Below, piece by piece: positions 9,810 through 20,519 of a DNA stretch of 64,000 bases. Each line of letters opens with the position of its first letter. The first letter of the stretch is position 1. The stretch comes from Bdellovibrionales bacterium (lineage in GTDB: Bacteria > Bdellovibrionota > Bdellovibrionia > Bdellovibrionales > UBA1609), in assembly GCA_019695175.1 (NCBI GenBank), contig JAIBAM010000001.1, positions 277,689 through 341,688 on the forward strand, read 5' to 3'. Below the pieces are notes generated by a model. It was given only the letters and a program-made list of their open reading frames with translations, ran no database searches and was not told where the DNA came from. A program made the position numbers and the translations under genes.

Positions 9810-10274
9810 ATGGGCTGGATGGGTGATGCAAATTTAAATGCAACAAGAAGAAGTTTTTTAAAAATTTCTGGAATCGGTGCAATTACAGCACTTGTTGGTC
9901 CTCAACTCTTAGCTTTAGGGAATAAAGTTTGGGCCGAGGCGGCTAAAGTCGTTGATCGTGTTGTGGATATGACTAAAAAAAAGGACAAAAGTAAAGAAAA
10001 TGAACAGGCTGTTACCATTCTTACAAATATGAATTATGTGGAGGATGCTGAAAAAGCTGAGAAAAATAAGAAGCTCACTCGAGTGGATAAAACTTTAGCT
10101 GATGGTAAAGTTTTTCCTGCAAAAAAGCAGTTTTGCCATAACTGTAACTTTTTTCAAGGTGAGATTGATGGGAAGTTGCCTGGCAAATGTGTGCTCGTGC
10201 CGGTTCCAGGGATTTTGGTTCATAACAAAGGGTATTGTCAGACCTATACGGTTCACCCAAAAGCTAAAGTTTAA
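9810..10274 (+). CDS. Tat-exported high-potential iron-sulfur protein (HiPIP)-like
   Basis: Twin-arginine signal TRRSFLKISGIGAITAL. The C-terminal 4-Cys pattern CHNC...GKC...GYC has HiPIP-like spacing. RBS aaaggagg. Confidence 0.7.
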   Translation: MGWMGDANLNATRRSFLKISGIGAITALVGPQLLALGNKVWAEAAKVVDRVVDMTKKKDKSKENEQAVTILTNMNYVEDAEKAEKNKKLTRVDKTLADGKVFPAKKQFCHNCNFFQGEIDGKLPGKCVLVPVPGILVHNKGYCQTYTVHPKAKV

Positions 10275-10462
10275 TAATCTTTATAGATTGGAGCTCATTT
10301 TTATTCTTTTCAAACAAATTAAGGTTTGTAAGATAAAACTTCTCGCAATCAGCAATTAGAGTCTGTTTGGAGATGCTGCATCTAAGTGTGACAAAATCTT
10401 TGGGTTTGATCTGACAATCGGACTCTGAAAGGGGCTTAGATTTAATATTTATCTGCATATTT

Positions 10463-10503
10463 GTAACTGGTCGACGTTCGCTTGAGACCAGTTACGTTTT
10501 TTT
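10463..10503 (+). terminator. rho-independent terminator
   Basis: A perfect 10-bp stem gtaactggtc/gaccagttac (10463-10472 and 10486-10495) is followed by a T7 run. Confidence 0.75.
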
Positions 10504-10570
10504 GTAAGAATGCTCGAATTTTCTATTCTGCACCCATTAAACATCGATAATATTAATTCAGAATGTATAA

Positions 10571-10858
10571 TCACCAGTAAGTGGCGTCGACGACAATGTC
10601 ACCGGATAGTTTGACTTGACAAGCGATACGTTGAGATTTTTCCATTTTATTTTTTTGTTTTAAAAAGGTTTCTATCTCCTTTTCTTCGCTCAGGTTTTCC
10701 ATCCCTTGGAGAATTTCAAGTCGACATTTGGCGCAAACACCATCGCCATAGCAGGAGCTTGCTACCGGTATTCCTGCGTTGAGTAAAGCTGTAAGTAGGT
10801 TGCTCCCATTCTCCGCTGTAACGGGGTCCATTTTTTTTATGAAAGAAATTTTTGCCAT
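10571..10858 (-). CDS. 2Fe-2S ferredoxin
   Basis: Cys pattern SSCYGDGVCAKC...RIACQ (C-x5-C-x2-C...C) in a 95-aa protein. Confidence 0.8.
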   Translation of the reverse strand: MAKISFIKKMDPVTAENGSNLLTALLNAGIPVASSCYGDGVCAKCRLEILQGMENLSEEKEIETFLKQKNKMEKSQRIACQVKLSGDIVVDATYW

Positions 10859-10916
10859 AAATTTTTTTAGTTTAAATATTGATGGATATTTTGAGGGTTT
10901 CTTTATGTTGTGCCTT

Positions 10917-12533
10917 CTAAATAGTTATAGTTTCTTTATGTTGTCCAAACACCTGACGTAATTGATCGCTGATTTCGCCTAAGGTGGAGCCGCCCTTTAC
11001 AGCTTGAATGATTGAAGGCATCAAGTTTTCTTGGGATTGGGCGGATTGATCCACTTGAGCCAGAAGTGATTTAATCTGGGCGGGGCTTCTATTTTTTTTA
11101 AAATTTTGTAAGCGCTGAATTTGTTCTTTAGCGACTTCTTCTGAAATCCTAAGGGGTTTGGGAGGGTCAAATTTTTGTGTGAATTGGTTGACTCCTACGA
11201 CAATTTCCCGCTGAGCTTCTACCTCCCTTTGGTAATGATAGGCGGAGTTTTGAATTTCACTTTGGATCCAGCCGGATTCGATGCAAGAGACAACACCACC
11301 AAGAGATTCAATTCTTTCGATGTACTCCAACGCCCTTTTTTCGAGTTCATCAGTGAGTGATTCCAAATAGTAAGAGCCGGCAAGGGGGTCTATAACATCA
11401 GCAGCACCTGATTCATGGGCAATAATCTGTTGAGTTCGCAGAGCAATCGTAGCGGCTTGCTCTGTAGGCAATCCTAGAGCTTCATCCATCGAATTGGTGT
11501 GAAGGCTTTGAGTGCCTCCAAGGATTGCTGCAAGTGCTTGCAATCCCACCCGTACAATATTGTTTTCTGGTTGTTGAGCGGTCAATGTAGATCCTGCGGT
11601 TTGAGTGTGAAAGCGTAGTTTTAGTGCTTGGGGATCTGTGGCATGAAATCGATTTTTCATGAAATGGGACCATAATCTACGGGCGGCACGGAACTTAGCA
11701 ATTTCTTCGAAGAAATGATTGTGGCAATTAAAGAAAAAACTGAGCCGCTTACCAAAATCATTTACATTCAACCCCTTATCGAGAGCGCATTGCACATAGG
11801 TGATTCCATTGGCGATGGTAAAAGCCAATTCTTGGACGGCAGAGCTTCCTGCCTCGCGAATATGATACCCAGAGATACTTATGGTGTTCCAGTTGGGTAC
11901 ATGTTGTGCACAGTAGGCAAATATATCGGTAATAATTCTGAGACTGGGACGAGGTGGAAAAATGTAGGTTCCCCGAGCAATGTACTCTTTTAAAAGATCA
12001 TTTTGGATGGTGCCCCTGAGCTCGGAGGAATTTATGTTTCTTTTCTGAGCCACGCCAATATATAAGGCCAGCAAAATGCTTGCGGTTGAGTTAATCGTCA
12101 TGGAAGTGGAGATTTTTTCTAAAGGTAAGTCCTGAAGCAAAAGATCCATGTCCTCAATCGAGGAAATAGCGACGCCCACTTTTCCAACTTCTCCTGAGGC
12201 CATAATGTGATCGGAGTCGTAACCCATTTGGGTGGGAAGATCAAAGGCCACACTCAATCCAGTGGTCCCTTTCTCAATGAGCATTTTGTAGCGCTGATTG
12301 GATTCTTTTGCTGAGCCAAAACCAGCGTATTGTCTCATGGTCCATAACTGACCACGATACATTGATTCTTGAACCCCGCGAGTGTAGGGAAATTGACCGG
12401 GAAGCCCGAGTTTTTCCTTGAGGGTTTTTTCGTTTTGGGACCAATTTTGTTCAGTGTAAACATCTTGAAGTTGAATCTGGCTTGAGGTCTTGAACTCAGA
12501 TTTTCTTTGTTTTTTTTTGATTGGGTGGGACAT
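10917..12533 (-). CDS. methylmalonyl-CoA mutase, catalytic (large) subunit without a B12-binding domain
   Basis: FPYTRG, QYAGFG and [22 protein letters not shown] are hallmark MCM barrel motifs. The 538-aa ORF ends before any DxHxxG cobalamin domain. Confidence 0.9.
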   Translation of the reverse strand: MSHPIKKKQRKSEFKTSSQIQLQDVYTEQNWSQNEKTLKEKLGLPGQFPYTRGVQESMYRGQLWTMRQYAGFGSAKESNQRYKMLIEKGTTGLSVAFDLPTQMGYDSDHIMASGEVGKVGVAISSIEDMDLLLQDLPLEKISTSMTINSTASILLALYIGVAQKRNINSSELRGTIQNDLLKEYIARGTYIFPPRPSLRIITDIFAYCAQHVPNWNTISISGYHIREAGSSAVQELAFTIANGITYVQCALDKGLNVNDFGKRLSFFFNCHNHFFEEIAKFRAARRLWSHFMKNRFHATDPQALKLRFHTQTAGSTLTAQQPENNIVRVGLQALAAILGGTQSLHTNSMDEALGLPTEQAATIALRTQQIIAHESGAADVIDPLAGSYYLESLTDELEKRALEYIERIESLGGVVSCIESGWIQSEIQNSAYHYQREVEAQREIVVGVNQFTQKFDPPKPLRISEEVAKEQIQRLQNFKKNRSPAQIKSLLAQVDQSAQSQENLMPSIIQAVKGGSTLGEISDQLRQVFGQHKETITI

Positions 12534-12598
12534 ATAAATATCCTTAAATTAGAGCGAAAGCGAAGGGAGAATCACATTTAAAAAATAACTATAAAAAA

Positions 12599-13132
12599 TT
12601 ATACCGACGGTTTTTCAAAACTGATAAGTATGACTCCACATTCTACTGTATCGCCCGGTTTGACAGAAACAGATTTAATAAGGGCTTCTCCATTGGCTCG
12701 CATTTCATTTTCCATTTTCATAGCTTCCATAATTAAAAGGGGATCTCCTTTTTTAACAATATCACCGGGTTTTACAAAAATCTTAACTATTTTCCCTGGC
12801 ATACCAGAAACTAAGCTATTGGATTGACCTAAATTGCCACCTGACTTTAAACTTTCGTGCAGCAACTTTTCTTCATTATAGATTTCCACCACACTGTGGG
12901 CCCCACGGGTGAAAACGGTGTATTCCGTTCCCTTTCCAATCACGTCAATTAAATAAGAACTATTTTTAAAAATAAAAGAGATGGTTTGATCAATTGTCTG
13001 GAAGTCTTGTTTGGGAATGTCATAGTTCATCCAATCGGAAGATTCAGTTTTTAATGAGATCTTCCAGTGGGTGCGAGATTCATTGACATTCATTTGGTAT
13101 TTTATACCATTGGCTTTCGCTTCAAAATACAT
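12599..13132 (-). CDS. biotin carboxyl carrier (biotinyl-domain) protein
   Basis: The C-terminal biotinylation motif EAMKMENE is present. The N-terminal ~100 aa are unassigned. Confidence 0.8.
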   Translation of the reverse strand: MYFEAKANGIKYQMNVNESRTHWKISLKTESSDWMNYDIPKQDFQTIDQTISFIFKNSSYLIDVIGKGTEYTVFTRGAHSVVEIYNEEKLLHESLKSGGNLGQSNSLVSGMPGKIVKIFVKPGDIVKKGDPLLIMEAMKMENEMRANGEALIKSVSVKPGDTVECGVILISFEKPSV

Positions 13133-13134
13133 TC

Positions 13135-14634
13135 TTAACTCCTCAGTTGACGTAATCGACCCAATTTTCGCCAGTGACTAGCTAAATTGTATTCAGAAAC
13201 ATCTCTTGATTTAGCATCATTGTATGCTGTTATAGCTGCAGCAATTAAAAATACATGTTCATCTACAAACATAAACAGTTCGCGTTGTTCTTTGCCTGCG
13301 ACTTGTTGATCAATAAATTGTGTAGTGTAAGTACCATCCAAAAAAGTGGGATGCACAAGAATATTTTTATGAAGTACAATGTTGCTCTTAATTCCGGTGC
13401 ACATGTATTCCGCCAGGGCTCTTTGCAATCGACGAATACACTCCTCACGGGTTTTACCCCATGTAATTAGTTTTGCTATCATAGGGTCATAATGTATGGG
13501 AACTTCATAGCCTGGATAAGCGCAGTTATCCAATCTTACAAAGGGTCCTTGGGGAGTTCTATATCTTCGAATAACACCGGGACTTGGGGTAAAGGTGATT
13601 GGATCCTCAGCGCAAATACGAAGTTCAATAGAGTGACCACTTTGTTTAACATCTTCTTGTCGGAAAGAAAGGGGCTTTCCTGCAGCCACTCGAATTTGTT
13701 CTTTCACTAAATCCAGACCTACCACCAATTCGGTGACAGGGTGCTCAACTTGAAGGCGAGTGTTCATCTCCATAAAGAAAAATTCTTTAGTGTTATTATC
13801 AAAAATAAATTCTATAGTTCCTGCTCCAACATATTGAATGGACTTGGCGGCAGTGACGGCCACTTGACCCATTTTTTCACGGACTTGTGTGGGCACTGAT
13901 GGACTAGGGGATTCTTCTATGAGTTTTTGGTGGCGACGTTGCATGGAGCATTCTCTTTCATAGAGATGAACCACATTTCCATGGGTGTCGCCAAAAACTT
14001 GCACTTCAATGTGTTTGGGATTTTGAATAAAACGTTCAATGAAGACGCGATCATCTTTAAAATAATTAAGACCTTCAGACTGACAAGCTCTGAGAGCGCT
14101 GGAAAGCTCTTTGGGGTCGTGAACCACACGGATGCCTTTTCCTCCTCCCCCAGCAGAAGCTTTAATAATAATTGGGTACCCAATTTGGTTTGCAACCTGT
14201 TCGGCCTCCTGGAGATTTTTTATGGCATCTTGACTTCCTGGGACGGTGGGAACTTGAGCTTTTTTCATAAGCTCTCGTGAAGCGAGTTTATCACCCATGG
14301 CCAAAATATTTTCCACTGTAGGTCCGATAAATGCGATCCCTGCATCATTAACGGCCTTTGCAAAGGCTGGAGATTCACTCAAAAAACCATAACCAGGATG
14401 GATGGCTTGGGCTTTAGCTTTCTGAGCCACTTGAATGATTTTTTCAATATTTAAATAGGATTCTCGACTAGGCGCAGGTCCAATATGGTAGGCTTCATCT
14501 GCAAGCATTACATGAAAGCCATTCCTGTCGGCATCACTATAAACTGCAACTGTAAGTATCCCCAACTCTCTGCAAGTTCGAATGATCCGTACGGCAATTT
14601 CACCTCGATTGGCGATGAGAATTTTTTCAAACAT
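13135..14634 (-). CDS. acyl-CoA carboxylase biotin carboxylase subunit
   Basis: MFEKILIANRGEIAVRIIRT, the ATP-grasp motif GGGGKGIRVV, and EMNTRLQVEHPVTE. Confidence 0.9.
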   Translation of the reverse strand: MFEKILIANRGEIAVRIIRTCRELGILTVAVYSDADRNGFHVMLADEAYHIGPAPSRESYLNIEKIIQVAQKAKAQAIHPGYGFLSESPAFAKAVNDAGIAFIGPTVENILAMGDKLASRELMKKAQVPTVPGSQDAIKNLQEAEQVANQIGYPIIIKASAGGGGKGIRVVHDPKELSSALRACQSEGLNYFKDDRVFIERFIQNPKHIEVQVFGDTHGNVVHLYERECSMQRRHQKLIEESPSPSVPTQVREKMGQVAVTAAKSIQYVGAGTIEFIFDNNTKEFFFMEMNTRLQVEHPVTELVVGLDLVKEQIRVAAGKPLSFRQEDVKQSGHSIELRICAEDPITFTPSPGVIRRYRTPQGPFVRLDNCAYPGYEVPIHYDPMIAKLITWGKTREECIRRLQRALAEYMCTGIKSNIVLHKNILVHPTFLDGTYTTQFIDQQVAGKEQRELFMFVDEHVFLIAAAITAYNDAKSRDVSEYNLASHWRKLGRLRQLRS

Positions 14635-14643
14635 GGGTTGACC

Positions 14644-16218
14644 TCACAAAGGAATATTGCCGTGTTTTTTCGGCGGATTGTGGTCCCGTTTATTTTTAAG
14701 CATTTCCAAGCTATCAATGATTCTTTTTCGAGTCATAGCAGGCTCGATCACTTCATCAATATATCCAACTTCAGCGGCAATATAGGGGTTGGCGAATTTA
14801 CTTTCGTAATCGTTGACCAACCGATTTTTTTCTTCAACTGGATCAGCGGCAGCTTTGATGGCCTGTCTAAAAATAATATTGACTGCACCTTCGGCACCCA
14901 TCACGGCAATTTCTGCTGTCGGGTAAGCTAGGTTTACATCTCCTCTTAAATGTTTAGAGGACATCACATCGTAGGCTCCACCATAAGCTTTTCTTGTAAT
15001 CAGTGTGACTTTTGGTACGGTGGCTTCTACATAAGCGTAAAGTAGTTTTGCTCCATGAGTGATAATTCCGCTCCACTCCTGGTCAGTTCCCGGGAGAAAA
15101 CCGGGAACATCTACAAAAGTAACTATTGGAATATTGAAAGCGTCACAAAAGCGAACAAAACGGGCTGCTTTTACCGAAGCACTAATGTTCAAACATCCAG
15201 CAAGTACAGCGGGCTGATTGGCCACAATTCCCACACTTCTTCCGTTAAAACGCGCAAATCCTACGATGACGTTCTGGGCGTAGTGTTGTTGAGTTTCTAA
15301 AAAATAACCTTCGTCCACAACTTTGGTGATGAGCTCTTTCATGTCATAGGGTTTTTTAGAACTATCAGGAATAAAAGAATTGAGTGATTCCTCCATGCGG
15401 TCGGGGGAATCTTTTGTCGGTAAAATAGGAATTTCATCTAAGTTATTTCCTGGTAAAAAGCTCAGGAGCTCACGAATTAACAATAAACAATGTTTATCGT
15501 TATCTGCTGCAAAGTGAGCCACGCCTGATTTTTGATTGTGAGTCAGTGCTCCCCCCAGTTCTTCTTTACTGACTTCTTCGTGGGTGACGGCTTTAATCAC
15601 GTCAGGACCAGTTACAAACATGTAGCTTGTGTCTTTCACCATAAAAATAAAGTCAGTCAAACTAGGACTATAAACGGCACCTCCAGCACAGGGACCCATG
15701 ATTGCACTGATTTGTGGAATGACTCCAGAACCAGTCACATTTCGCAGAAATATATCGCCGTAACCACCTAGGGCTTCCACACCTTCTTGGATTCGTGCTC
15801 CCCCAGAGTCATTAAGGCCAATGAGAGGGGCTCCATTTCTAATGGCTAAATCCATTATTTTGCAAATTTTGTTTGCTTGGGTTCGGGACATGGAACCGCC
15901 TAATACAGTAAAGTCTTGACTGTAAACATAGACCAGTTTGCCATTCACTCGACCGTAACCAGTAATGACTCCATCTCCTGGAAATTGGTTGTTTTCCATC
16001 CCAAAATTCGTACAGCGATGGGTTACAAAACGATCCACTTCAACAAAACTTCCCGGATCAAGTAAGACATCTAACCGTTCCCGAGCGGTCAAACGATCAC
16101 CTTGTTTATGTTTGGTTTGTCTTTCAGGACCACCTCCGGCAAAGGCAACTTCATTTCGTAATTCTAATTGGTGGAGTCTGTCCAATGTAGTTTGTGGGTC
16201 CTTGTTCATACGTATCAC
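14644..16218 (-). CDS. pccB: propionyl-CoA carboxylase beta subunit / methylmalonyl-CoA carboxyltransferase
   Basis: [18 protein letters not shown], followed by the second carboxyltransferase half and PKKHGNIPL at the C-terminus. Confidence 0.9.
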   Translation of the reverse strand: MIRMNKDPQTTLDRLHQLELRNEVAFAGGGPERQTKHKQGDRLTARERLDVLLDPGSFVEVDRFVTHRCTNFGMENNQFPGDGVITGYGRVNGKLVYVYSQDFTVLGGSMSRTQANKICKIMDLAIRNGAPLIGLNDSGGARIQEGVEALGGYGDIFLRNVTGSGVIPQISAIMGPCAGGAVYSPSLTDFIFMVKDTSYMFVTGPDVIKAVTHEEVSKEELGGALTHNQKSGVAHFAADNDKHCLLLIRELLSFLPGNNLDEIPILPTKDSPDRMEESLNSFIPDSSKKPYDMKELITKVVDEGYFLETQQHYAQNVIVGFARFNGRSVGIVANQPAVLAGCLNISASVKAARFVRFCDAFNIPIVTFVDVPGFLPGTDQEWSGIITHGAKLLYAYVEATVPKVTLITRKAYGGAYDVMSSKHLRGDVNLAYPTAEIAVMGAEGAVNIIFRQAIKAAADPVEEKNRLVNDYESKFANPYIAAEVGYIDEVIEPAMTRKRIIDSLEMLKNKRDHNPPKKHGNIPL

Positions 16219-16298
16219 TAGTCCTTTGTTTATTAGAAGGTTTAACTTATTTTGTTTGTTTTAAAAACAAACTTATTGTTCAAGGAGTCTTTTAGAAG

Positions 16299-16337
16299 CC
16301 TATTCAGAGATCTACCGATCTGGTCTCTCTGAATAGG
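16299..16337 (-). terminator. 12-bp hairpin 20 nt downstream of asnS
   Basis: cctattcagaga ... tctctgaatagg. The U tract is weak, so function is uncertain. Confidence 0.4.
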
Positions 16338-16357
16338 TTTCTAAGGTCTTCTCACTT

Positions 16358-17650
16358 CTAAGGATAGTTCCTTCCATAGAGGCGAGGAAAAGCAATAGTT
16401 TCTCTAACGTGAGGCAAACCGCAGATCCAACCCACAGTTCTTTCTACTCCCAATCCAAACCCGGAGTGGGGAAAAGAACCATATTTGCGAAGATCCATGT
16501 ACCACGCGAAGTCTTCTTCTCTTAGTTGGTGCTCTTTTATTTTTTGTAATAAAATGCTGAGATCCTCTTCTCTTTGTCCTCCACCAATAATTTCGCCGTA
16601 CCCTTCAGTGGCGAGGAGGTCACAGCTCAAACTTGATCCACTTTCTTTAGGATCTTCTTTCATATAAAAAGCTTTAATTGCAGAGGGGTAATGGTGGACA
16701 AATACAGGAGTTTCAAATTTAGAACTCACAATGGTTTCATCAGTTCCACCAAAGTCATTACCGTCCACAAAATCGGGATTTTCTTTTTTAATTATTTCCA
16801 CGGCTTCTTGGTAGTGGAGTCTGGGGAATGGGGCTTTAATTTTTTCAAGTAAAGAGGTGTTTCTTTCTAAAGATTTTAACTCTTCGCTCTTGTTTTTAAG
16901 CACTCGCTGCACAATGTACTCTACAAACTGTTCCGCAAGTTCCATGTTGTCATAAAGGTCATTGAACGCAACTTCGGGCTCTACCATCCAAAACTCAATT
17001 AAGTGTCGACGTGTTTTAGATTTTTCAGCACGAAAAGTTGGACCAAAGCAATAAACTTTTCCCAAGGCTGCAGCAGCGGCCTCCATATAAAGCTGTCCAC
17101 TCTGAGATAAGAAAGCTTTTTCCTCAAAATATTTCGTTTCAAAAAGAGTGGAAGTCCCTTCGCAAGCGCTAGGGGTAAAAATGGGCGAATCAATCAGGGT
17201 AAAGCCGCGGTGATCAAAAAAATCCCTGATCGCACGAACAATTTCATGGCGTACTCTCATAATGGCGACCTGTCTTTTTGAGCGCAACCACAAGTGGCGA
17301 TGGTTCATGAGAAAGTCGGTTCCATGCTCTTTGGGTGTGATGGGATAAGCGTTGGATGAGGAAATTAGGCTGAGTTTTTTTGCGGATATCTCCACGCCAC
17401 CAGGGCTTCGAGGTTCAAGGCGTACAGTCCCACTAATTTCAACCATACACTCTTGTTGAAGCTGTTCAAAGTTGTTAAAAGATTGTTCTTCACACTCTCC
17501 ACGAAAATAAACACATTGACATAAGCCTGTCCCATCACGAAGCAGCAAGAACTTAATCTTACCGCTGGAACGAGTGCTGTAAACCCAGCCGGACAATTGA
17601 ATCGTTTGACCAATGTGTTCCTTTAGGTCGGCAATCCAGATTTTTTTCAT
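16358..17650 (-). CDS. asnS: asparagine--tRNA ligase
   Basis: A 430-aa class IIb synthetase with FRAEKSKTRRHLIEFWMVEPE and GFGLGVER motifs. Confidence 0.9.
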   Translation of the reverse strand: MKKIWIADLKEHIGQTIQLSGWVYSTRSSGKIKFLLLRDGTGLCQCVYFRGECEEQSFNNFEQLQQECMVEISGTVRLEPRSPGGVEISAKKLSLISSSNAYPITPKEHGTDFLMNHRHLWLRSKRQVAIMRVRHEIVRAIRDFFDHRGFTLIDSPIFTPSACEGTSTLFETKYFEEKAFLSQSGQLYMEAAAAALGKVYCFGPTFRAEKSKTRRHLIEFWMVEPEVAFNDLYDNMELAEQFVEYIVQRVLKNKSEELKSLERNTSLLEKIKAPFPRLHYQEAVEIIKKENPDFVDGNDFGGTDETIVSSKFETPVFVHHYPSAIKAFYMKEDPKESGSSLSCDLLATEGYGEIIGGGQREEDLSILLQKIKEHQLREEDFAWYMDLRKYGSFPHSGFGLGVERTVGWICGLPHVRETIAFPRLYGRNYP

Positions 17651-17667
17651 AATGCTTTTTTTACCCT

Positions 17668-18996
17668 TTATTTAATGCCACTTATAATCTCAATTGCTTG
17701 GGATAAGTCAAGACGACCATGGCTGGCATTTTGGTAAAAACGACTCATTTGAGCTGAATCATAAAGAGCTTGTCGAATTTGTGACAGTGTTGCATGGGGT
17801 TGAGCACCTAATAAAAGCGCAACAGCACCAGTTACAAAAGGAGTTGCCATACTGGTTCCACTCATTGTCCCAACTGCGTTGCCAGGTAAGGTGCTTACAA
17901 TATCAACACCGGGGGCAAACAAATGAACATTGGTGCTGCTGTAGTTAGAAAAATCTGCGCGAGCTCCAAAGGGACCCACTGCACCCACAGTTAGTTGCGA
18001 TGGTAAATTGAATGCGGCTGGGAACTCAGGGTCCAAATCCAGATTAACCCCATTATTTCCTGCTGCCGCAACAAAGATGATTCCTTGTTGGTTTAAGTTT
18101 TCAATGCGATCCCTTAATATTGTGGAGCAAACTGGTCCTCCCCAACTGGCATTTATTATTTGCGCTCCCCGTACCACAGCATAGTCAATAGCACGGAGAG
18201 CATCAGAAAGGGATCCGCCCTCCTCTTGATCAATAAATTGAAGGGGTAAAATTTTTGATTGTGGGGCCATTCCTTGGATATAGCTTTTGGGCCCAGCAAT
18301 TGTATCGTTGTGAGCCGCAGAGATAATTCCACTAACATGGGTGCCATGGGAAAGATGGTCTGTGGGGTCGGCATTATTATTAGCAAAACTATATCCCACA
18401 ACATCATCTATAAGGCCATTTTGATCGTCGTCTATATGGTTTGTGGATTTGTCACGACCAAGGTTATCTAAACCCATTTCTCCTGCATTCATTGCGATTT
18501 GATTTTTAAGTTGTTCGTGTTCCAGATCTATACCTGTATCGATGACGGCCACAAGAATATTTTGTCCGTAAACATTTTTCTGCCAAACGTGATCTGTATG
18601 GGTTTGAACTAATCCCCAGTTGTCAGCCAAAGGTTGATTTTCTTTTGCAAGGGAATTTGAAGTAATTGTGGTTTTGTTAAAATATTTTTTTATTTTTAGT
18701 TCTTCCTTGGCGAATTTAATTCGATAATCGGGTTCAATTTTATTAATTTTATTTAAATTTTGATTTACAAATTGGGAGACTAACTGTTCTCGATCCAGAC
18801 CACTTTGAATGGATATTCGTCCGTCATTCCATTTGATAATAAATTTTTGTTTAATAGTTTCTGCTTCACATTCCGGCGAAGTTTTTGGAAAAACTGTTTC
18901 CACTGAGGGGGTCTTTTCGCACCCCAAAACTCCTAAAACTGAAAATATAACAAGCCATTTGCCCAGGTCCTTTAAGACCAAAGTTTGAACATCCAT
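17668..18996 (-). CDS. subtilisin-like (S8) serine protease, lipoprotein signal
   Basis: Catalytic triad contexts VIDTGID, HGTHVSG and GTSMATP. Lipobox VLGC. Confidence 0.9.
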   Translation of the reverse strand: MDVQTLVLKDLGKWLVIFSVLGVLGCEKTPSVETVFPKTSPECEAETIKQKFIIKWNDGRISIQSGLDREQLVSQFVNQNLNKINKIEPDYRIKFAKEELKIKKYFNKTTITSNSLAKENQPLADNWGLVQTHTDHVWQKNVYGQNILVAVIDTGIDLEHEQLKNQIAMNAGEMGLDNLGRDKSTNHIDDDQNGLIDDVVGYSFANNNADPTDHLSHGTHVSGIISAAHNDTIAGPKSYIQGMAPQSKILPLQFIDQEEGGSLSDALRAIDYAVVRGAQIINASWGGPVCSTILRDRIENLNQQGIIFVAAAGNNGVNLDLDPEFPAAFNLPSQLTVGAVGPFGARADFSNYSSTNVHLFAPGVDIVSTLPGNAVGTMSGTSMATPFVTGAVALLLGAQPHATLSQIRQALYDSAQMSRFYQNASHGRLDLSQAIEIISGIK

Positions 18997-19061
18997 GTTC
19001 TTTCTCCCGACAACAAACCCCAGTCATTGGGATTTAAAGGAGCTAAGACTTAGAAGGTTCC

Positions 19062-19847
19062 TTAAGCTCCTGTGACTTTGTCGGAAGGTCGGTTCATTTT
19101 GATAAGACCAATTTTTAGTGAGAGAGAAATAAAAAAAGAAAGAAAAATAAGGATAACGCTTATCCAGAAACTGACACTTTGATTTAAGATAAAGGCGCCG
19201 CGGTCATCATCTCTGAATGATTCCATAAAAAGTCGTCCCAGGGCGTGTAAACCCAACCAAACAAAAAAAAGAAGCCCAGGGCTTTTGTGTGAAGGGGATT
19301 TTCTTTTTTCCCAAAGGAGCAACCCTATTAATACGATGAACTCCCAAAGGAAGGCATAAATTTGGGTGGGGTGCCTTGGTACAATAGGAATCCCCCACTC
19401 TTTATGGGAGTGGAAAGTGACAGCCCATGGCAAGTGGCATTGTCTCCCATAACAACACCCAGTGAAGAAACAACCCAACCGACCCAAGGCATAATTTAGC
19501 CCCGCAAATGGAACTAAAAAATCACCCCAAATCAACGGTTGTTGTCGGTTTTTTTTACACCAAAAAAGAGCAAAACTAACGGCGCCAATGAGAGCGCCAT
19601 AAAAGACAAATCCCCCCTGCCAAATTTTGAGAACTTCCAAAGGATGTAATCTATAATAATTTGGGTACTCATAAAAGACATGGAAGAGGCGACCTCCTAA
19701 AAACGCCCCAAACATTAAATAAAGATTGAGATCTAGGATTTGCTCTTGTTTAAGATGATATTTATAGCCGCGATAAAAAGCCCAGATGAGGGTCATGCTC
19801 CAAGAGACTGAGGTGAAGATAAACCAAAGTGGTAAGGTTTGACTCAA
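19062..19847 (-). CDS. lgt: prolipoprotein diacylglyceryl transferase
   Basis: GGRLFH, GGFVFYG and RHPTQIY motifs. The TTG start overlaps the lspA TGA stop (TTGA). Confidence 0.9.
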   Translation of the reverse strand: MSQTLPLWFIFTSVSWSMTLIWAFYRGYKYHLKQEQILDLNLYLMFGAFLGGRLFHVFYEYPNYYRLHPLEVLKIWQGGFVFYGALIGAVSFALFWCKKNRQQPLIWGDFLVPFAGLNYALGRLGCFFTGCCYGRQCHLPWAVTFHSHKEWGIPIVPRHPTQIYAFLWEFIVLIGLLLWEKRKSPSHKSPGLLFFVWLGLHALGRLFMESFRDDDRGAFILNQSVSFWISVILIFLSFFISLSLKIGLIKMNRPSDKVTGA

Positions 19848-20353
19848 CCACTAAGTCCTGTTGGATTGGGAGCCTCAGAATTGGGGCGCCTCATAATTAA
19901 AAGTAAAACACAAACTCCTATAACTATAGTTGAATCAGCAACATTGAACGCGGGCCAAGAGTATTTTTCTTTCCAATGGAAATCTAAAAAATCAATAACA
20001 TAACCAAAACGCAATCGGTCTATATAGTTGCCGATAGCGCCACCAAATATGTGGGAAAGGGCTAATATTTGAACATTGTCCGTATTTTCTACGCCACGTA
20101 AAATACCCAAAATTGTGAGCATAGCTAAAGGGGGCATCGATAAGAAAAATAGGGAACGAAATGTTTCATGACTTTCCCTTAAAAAACCAAAAGCCGCTCC
20201 AGGATTTCTAACGTAGGTGAGGTTAAAAAAATTCGTCAGCACAGGAATCGTTTCACCCAGTTGAAAGTGACTATGGACGTACAGTTTAGTTGCCTGGTCT
20301 AAAGCAACAATGAGCGAACTTGTTAAAGCCAAGATGATATATTTTTTTTGCAT
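19844..20353 (-). CDS. lspA: lipoprotein signal peptidase II
   Basis: VRNPGAAFG and FNVAD motifs. I chose ATG 20353 (MQKKYIIL) because the track extension to 20380 runs into a hairpin. Confidence 0.9.
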   Translation of the reverse strand: MQKKYIILALTSSLIVALDQATKLYVHSHFQLGETIPVLTNFFNLTYVRNPGAAFGFLRESHETFRSLFFLSMPPLAMLTILGILRGVENTDNVQILALSHIFGGAIGNYIDRLRFGYVIDFLDFHWKEKYSWPAFNVADSTIVIGVCVLLLIMRRPNSEAPNPTGLSG

Positions 20354-20372
20354 ACTCGATACTGTAAAACCT

Positions 20373-20405
20373 CGCCACAAAATAATCTAGATTTTTTTTG
20401 TGGCG
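20373..20405 (-). other. 10-bp hairpin in the ileS-lspA spacer
   Basis: cgccacaaaa / ttttgtggcg with a 13-nt loop. On the minus strand it is followed by agguuuu. It may be an attenuator or a processing site. Confidence 0.3.
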
Positions 20406-20519
20406 GTAAGATTCATTGATTAGAACTAACTTGTTCAGAAGTACTGGGGTTTAGATTCATCGAACCGAGACCCTTGAAAAATTCTTATGAAACGTTCTTG
20501 GTTGTTGCTGGGCTTTAAA

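Noticed and set aside
10264-10458. 64-aa minus-strand ORF downstream of the HiPIP gene
   Set aside because: Its ATG directly abuts the terminator hairpin, it has no SD, and I recognised no family. It is treated as non-coding.
13255-14931. Several plus-strand ORFs (for example 13927-14280 and 14485-14931) antisense to the carboxylase genes
   Set aside because: They overlap strongly supported minus-strand genes, and their products have no motifs. They are typical shadow ORFs.
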